Source of the DNA: Promethearchaeati archaeon
Lineage (GTDB): Archaea; Asgardarchaeota; Heimdallarchaeia; JABLTI01
Assembly (NCBI GenBank): GCA_013166835.1
Contig: JABLTI010000093.1
Location: 1 to 10,600 of the forward strand
Length of the DNA stretch: 10,600 bases
Direction of reading: 5' to 3'
The notes under the pieces were generated by a model that was not told the DNA's origin, did not search any database, and was given only the letters and a program-made list of their open reading frames with translations. The position numbers and the translations under genes were made by a program. Shown piece after piece: positions 7,101 to 10,600 of this stretch (positions are counted from its first letter, which is position 1; each line of letters starts with the position of its first letter).

Positions 7101-7988
7101 TTACAATTGTTTTACTTCTTCAATGAAGGTTAATGTTTCCTTACTGAAATCTTCAGGTTTTAGTATTGCGGTATATGCGTGTACAGAACCTTCAATTGTA
7201 ACAATTTTATGATATTTCAGTTTCTCTGAATATTTCTTGAGGTTTCTTTGTACAATTTCATTCGGTGCTTCTGCTTCGTCTGGCAACCAAAGAATCGGAC
7301 AAGTTATTTTGTCAAAATATTCTTGAAATCTAATATCATAAAGTGGCCAAATAAAATTCCAACTGATTTTTCCTTCTTGTGGAGTCCGGAATTTTCCTTC
7401 TTTAGTTTCGAAGATTTGATCTTCCGCTTGAATTCGAAGTACTTCTGACCACGAAACGCCTTCATTTTTCCAAGCTTCTTTGAAGTATTCTAAACAATCC
7501 TCTTTGGAATCGTACAATTTTACTGGTTTCTCTAGAATTATTTCTTTCAATTCTTTTCTTGCTTTATCTATGGCTTCTTCTGTTAAGATCTGATCTTTGC
7601 TGTCAGGTCCTACAAGGTCATATAAACCACCATCAAGAACCATAGCAATTGCTTTTTCTGGATAATTTGCTGCAAAACTTATTGCTGCATCTGCTCCTAA
7701 TGAGCTCCCAACAATGTATGCTTTCTCTATTCCTAGTTGTTTCATTAAGGCAGCTATATCACTTGCCATATCATCAATGTGACATTCATTTGGTTTATCA
7801 GAGAAACCATGACATCTCATGTCTAATGTTAATATTCGATAATCTTTTTTCAAATAGGGAATAACTCCATTCCACATACCAATAAGGGCACCACCGTAAG
7901 GTAAGAGAATAATTGTTTCTTTTCCTTCGTTTGGTATGTCAAGATATCGAATGTTTAAACCATTGACCTTTGTCATCTTTGTGTTCAT
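7101..7988 (-). CDS. Alpha/beta fold hydrolase
   Basis: LDMRCHGFSDKP, nucleophile elbow VGSSLGA, C-terminal His in GSVHAY. GTGA SD precedes ATG 7988; the ORF track extends to 8009. Confidence 0.9.
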   Translation of the reverse strand: MNTKMTKVNGLNIRYLDIPNEGKETIILLPYGGALIGMWNGVIPYLKKDYRILTLDMRCHGFSDKPNECHIDDMASDIAALMKQLGIEKAYIVGSSLGADAAISFAANYPEKAIAMVLDGGLYDLVGPDSKDQILTEEAIDKARKELKEIILEKPVKLYDSKEDCLEYFKEAWKNEGVSWSEVLRIQAEDQIFETKEGKFRTPQEGKISWNFIWPLYDIRFQEYFDKITCPILWLPDEAEAPNEIVQRNLKKYSEKLKYHKIVTIEGSVHAYTAILKPEDFSKETLTFIEEVKQL

Positions 7989-8072
7989 TTTTATCACAAA
8001 AATTCTCATAAATTATAATTATAAATAATATAGATAGGTCTTGGAAAATCACTGCTAGATAAAATTCGAAAA

Positions 8073-8756
8073 TTAGCTTTCTAGATTCTCTATTGGAAAT
8101 GGTGCTCCATGACCAGGATAAATGGTTTTAACACCATTATTAATTATTTTTCTCCAGCTTTGCATCAGCATTTCCTCTTCAATTATAAACGCTGGTCTTT
8201 TTCCTTTTCCGAAATAAAAGGTGCTTCTATTTGAGCAAGTATCTCCTACAAATCCTTGTCCATCTTTTAGAACTAATGTAATGCTATCAATAGTATGACC
8301 AAAAGTTGTTATGATTTTTCCATTTATTCCAATTTTTTTGAGTAGTTTATTATTGTCTTTCTTAATTGGAATAATTCTTTCATCAGCAATTGTTACACGT
8401 GGAACTCCATGTTTCATTGCTAAAACTGCAAGTTTCTTCATAAATTTGTAGTAGAAATTCACAGGTTTTGATTCTGGTTCAATTGTCCCATTAAATAAAT
8501 GTGTTATTGCATTCTCATGGACTATTAGCTTCGCTTCACTTGCTTGCAGAAATTGTTCTGCAAAACCAGAGTGATCCGCATGTGAATGTGTTAAGAGGAG
8601 ATATTTTATTTCAGTGATTTCAATTTTTAATTTCTTTAATTTTCTTAGAAATCTCCTGAAATCATGTGGTATTGACACATCAACTATGAGGAAGCCATCA
8701 TTTGTCTTTAACAAATAGCTATTAGTTGATCCCCTAATTATGATTACTTCAGTCAT
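8073..8756 (-). CDS. MBL-fold metallo-hydrolase (glyoxalase II-like)
   Basis: NSYLL, THSHADH, GHTIDS, VGD and YPGHG motifs. Confidence 0.92.
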   Translation of the reverse strand: MTEVIIIRGSTNSYLLKTNDGFLIVDVSIPHDFRRFLRKLKKLKIEITEIKYLLLTHSHADHSGFAEQFLQASEAKLIVHENAITHLFNGTIEPESKPVNFYYKFMKKLAVLAMKHGVPRVTIADERIIPIKKDNNKLLKKIGINGKIITTFGHTIDSITLVLKDGQGFVGDTCSNRSTFYFGKGKRPAFIIEEEMLMQSWRKIINNGVKTIYPGHGAPFPIENLES

Positions 8757-8824
8757 TCAGACAACCCACACTAGAGACAATTAGTAAGAATAATTATTTG
8801 AATGATTTGCAATAATTTCCCTTC

Positions 8825-9601
8825 TCAATCATTTTTTGGTTTGAAGGTCATGGTCCATTTCTCGTCCCCTTCCCAGCTATCAAAAACATGACCTAATCCT
8901 TCTTTTCTAGCGAGTTTTTCCATTTCTCTTAAGAGAATTTGTTGTATTTGATAATCACCTGTCTCGTATATTTTAAACAACATTTCAATAAGTTCCTTAG
9001 AGGACCAAGGAAATTTCTTTAGGGGGAATTTTTCTAATTCATATTCAAGATATTTGTAATAGGGACTTAATCTCGAGTCATGAAATGCAAATGCACAAAT
9101 TAGAAATAGCCTTACAGAGTCTGCTGCCTCTAATCGATAACCAACATGATTATTATCTCGCAAGCTTTTCAGTGAACGATAAACAGAATTAATATAACCA
9201 TCTAGATAACCAGCAACGTAACCCTTCCAATATTTTTCTGGTATCTTCCCTTTTTCATCAATAATTTCTTGTAATTCACCATTTGTTTTGTCTTTTATTG
9301 TTTGAACATGAGCGTAGTTGTATCTATCCCATTCATATTCTGTTCCAATTTCTGCGTGTTCTTCAAATTCTTTTATAGTTTTTACTCCACAATCTATTCC
9401 TTTGATTTCATCATATTTCTCAAATTTTTCTCTGTACTCTTTTATCACGTCTTCTTTCACAATCACTAAGAAATCGTAATCAGAATATTCTTTATAAAAT
9501 CCCTTCCCTCGAGAGCCACCGAGAACTAATCCCAATATATTTGGATCTTTCTCAGATTCCTTTTTTATTTGCTCAAAAATCTCATGTATTGATTTGGTCA
9601 T
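8825..9601 (-). CDS. Pol-beta superfamily nucleotidyltransferase with a C-terminal helical domain (KNTase-like architecture)
   Basis: LGGSRGKG...SDYDFLVIV...GID supplies the GS, DxD and third Asp signature; the C-terminal half is helical. Confidence 0.85.
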   Translation of the reverse strand: MTKSIHEIFEQIKKESEKDPNILGLVLGGSRGKGFYKEYSDYDFLVIVKEDVIKEYREKFEKYDEIKGIDCGVKTIKEFEEHAEIGTEYEWDRYNYAHVQTIKDKTNGELQEIIDEKGKIPEKYWKGYVAGYLDGYINSVYRSLKSLRDNNHVGYRLEAADSVRLFLICAFAFHDSRLSPYYKYLEYELEKFPLKKFPWSSKELIEMLFKIYETGDYQIQQILLREMEKLARKEGLGHVFDSWEGDEKWTMTFKPKND

Positions 9602-9658
9602 ACAATCAGGGAAAATTTTAACTTTAAAAGATTTGTTAAAAGAAAAAGAAACTGGAAG

Positions 9659-10045
9659 CTAACCTCCAGCTGCACCATAAGTGAATCCTGGAGCACACCA
9701 GCTTGTTTTGTCATGTTTCAACCAAGCATCAAGTGAATCTTGTTCATAAACAACATTATCATTAATGATAAGTTTAATTTTCTCTATGCACCAATCATCA
9801 TCTTTACTATGAGATTTCTTTCTTAAGCATAAATACCTAAAATCAGAGGAATTTACACCCATTGAAACATCTAATTCAAAAGCATCAGTTTTTCCCTTTT
9901 CAAATTCATCATGCTTAGTAATATCGAGTTGCCATGTATGTCCACCCACATAAAGTTCAACAGCATTGTCTGTATCACTTCTTCGTTCTTTACAAGTTGT
10001 AATTTCAATTACAATTTTTTCTATTTTCTCGTATTCAGATTTCAA
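9659..10045 (-). CDS. Stand-alone PLAT/LH2 domain protein
   Basis: IEITT...SDTDNAVELYVGG...FEKGKTDAFEL...LCLRK...DDWCIEKIKLII matches the PLAT pattern (T..aGTD..V.l.l.G / Fe.G..D.F / dW.l..v.v). GAAGGA SD precedes a TTG start. Confidence 0.75.
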   Translation of the reverse strand: MKSEYEKIEKIVIEITTCKERRSDTDNAVELYVGGHTWQLDITKHDEFEKGKTDAFELDVSMGVNSSDFRYLCLRKKSHSKDDDWCIEKIKLIINDNVVYEQDSLDAWLKHDKTSWCAPGFTYGAAGG

Positions 10046-10132
10046 CGATTTATCCTTCTAGTATATTTTTTATGTTGTTTAACTTGAATCAGCTATAAAT
10101 TACTATGGAAATAGGAACTAAACTTGAAAACA

Positions 10133-10600
10133 TCACTCCTTCGATTTCTTCTTATTTACTTTTTCAATAAATTTTTCAATTTTTTTCCTTGGAATTTTTT
10201 TAGCGGTCATATGTGAAGGAATAGCGAAATCCCATTCGTAATCTAAGATTGTTTTCAATGTATCTTGATACTGCTTGAAATCATCATGATATTTTTCGAA
10301 AACCTCTCGCAATCCAAAAGGCATAAACATTATGGTATCACCTAGAAAAAGCAACTTTTCTTTCTCGAGTAACAAACAAATATGTCCCCAGGAATGACCT
10401 GGAACATGAATAGCTTTAAGCTTTAATTCTTCATCAATAATTTCATTATGTTTTATGGTACGATTAGGATTAATAATTTGACCTCGGAGAGCATTAGCAA
10501 AATGAGGGGCTTCATCTTCATGACAAACAATTTCAACTCGTTCTTGTGGAGATTCAGGAGCACTTATTGTAGTCATTTCTTTCATTAATGGAGCCAATCC
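10133..10600 (-). CDS. MBL-fold metallo-hydrolase, C-terminal part; start lies outside the window
   Basis: IVCHEDEA, HVPGHSWGHICLL, LFLGD and IPSH. The frame is open to the window edge and the HxHxDH motif is expected upstream. Confidence 0.85.
   Translation of the reverse strand, partial: GLAPLMKEMTTISAPESPQERVEIVCHEDEAPHFANALRGQIINPNRTIKHNEIIDEELKLKAIHVPGHSWGHICLLLEKEKLLFLGDTIMFMPFGLREVFEKYHDDFKQYQDTLKTILDYEWDFAIPSHMTAKKIPRKKIEKFIEKVNKKKSKE

Noticed and set aside
3017-7864. Short ORFs 3017-3205, 5072-5269, 5257-5475, 7248-7448 and 7649-7864
   Set aside because: Each lies wholly antisense within a confidently called gene.
8073-8756. MBL-fold genes as true beta-lactamases
   Set aside because: No signal peptide in the complete gene, and the motifs are generic glyoxalase II-like; resistance cannot be inferred.
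8825-9601. Nucleotidyltransferase as an MNT-HEPN toxin-antitoxin or CBASS cyclase
   Set aside because: No adjacent HEPN gene with an RxxxxH motif, no CBASS effector, and the size and architecture fit a KNTase-like single protein.

Overview
AT-rich prokaryotic window that reads as archaeal: GGTG/GGAG Shine-Dalgarno motifs, TATA-like boxes, oligo-T terminators and a tungsten AOR. An Asgard (Heimdall/Loki-like) origin is my inference from gene content, not proven. Left to right: an Fe-alcohol dehydrogenase + aldehyde:ferredoxin oxidoreductase operon (minus strand, AOR cut by the window edge and missing from the ORF track); a divergent PAS histidine kinase with a 4-Cys motif; a membrane protein; a membrane-anchored LVIVD-repeat surface protein; an ArsR-like winged-helix regulator ending in CCC; then an alpha/beta hydrolase, an MBL-fold hydrolase, a nucleotidyltransferase, a stand-alone PLAT/LH2 protein and a partial MBL-fold hydrolase. 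The most unusual part is the apparently empty 6600-7100 gap. It holds six TTCTCA-type boxes at exact 21-bp spacing, two palindromes of the same box flanking a TATA element, and two tandem unannotated basic peptide ORFs with SD motifs and similar C-termini, transcribed divergently from the regulator. This is a candidate undescribed regulator/operator-array/micropeptide module.
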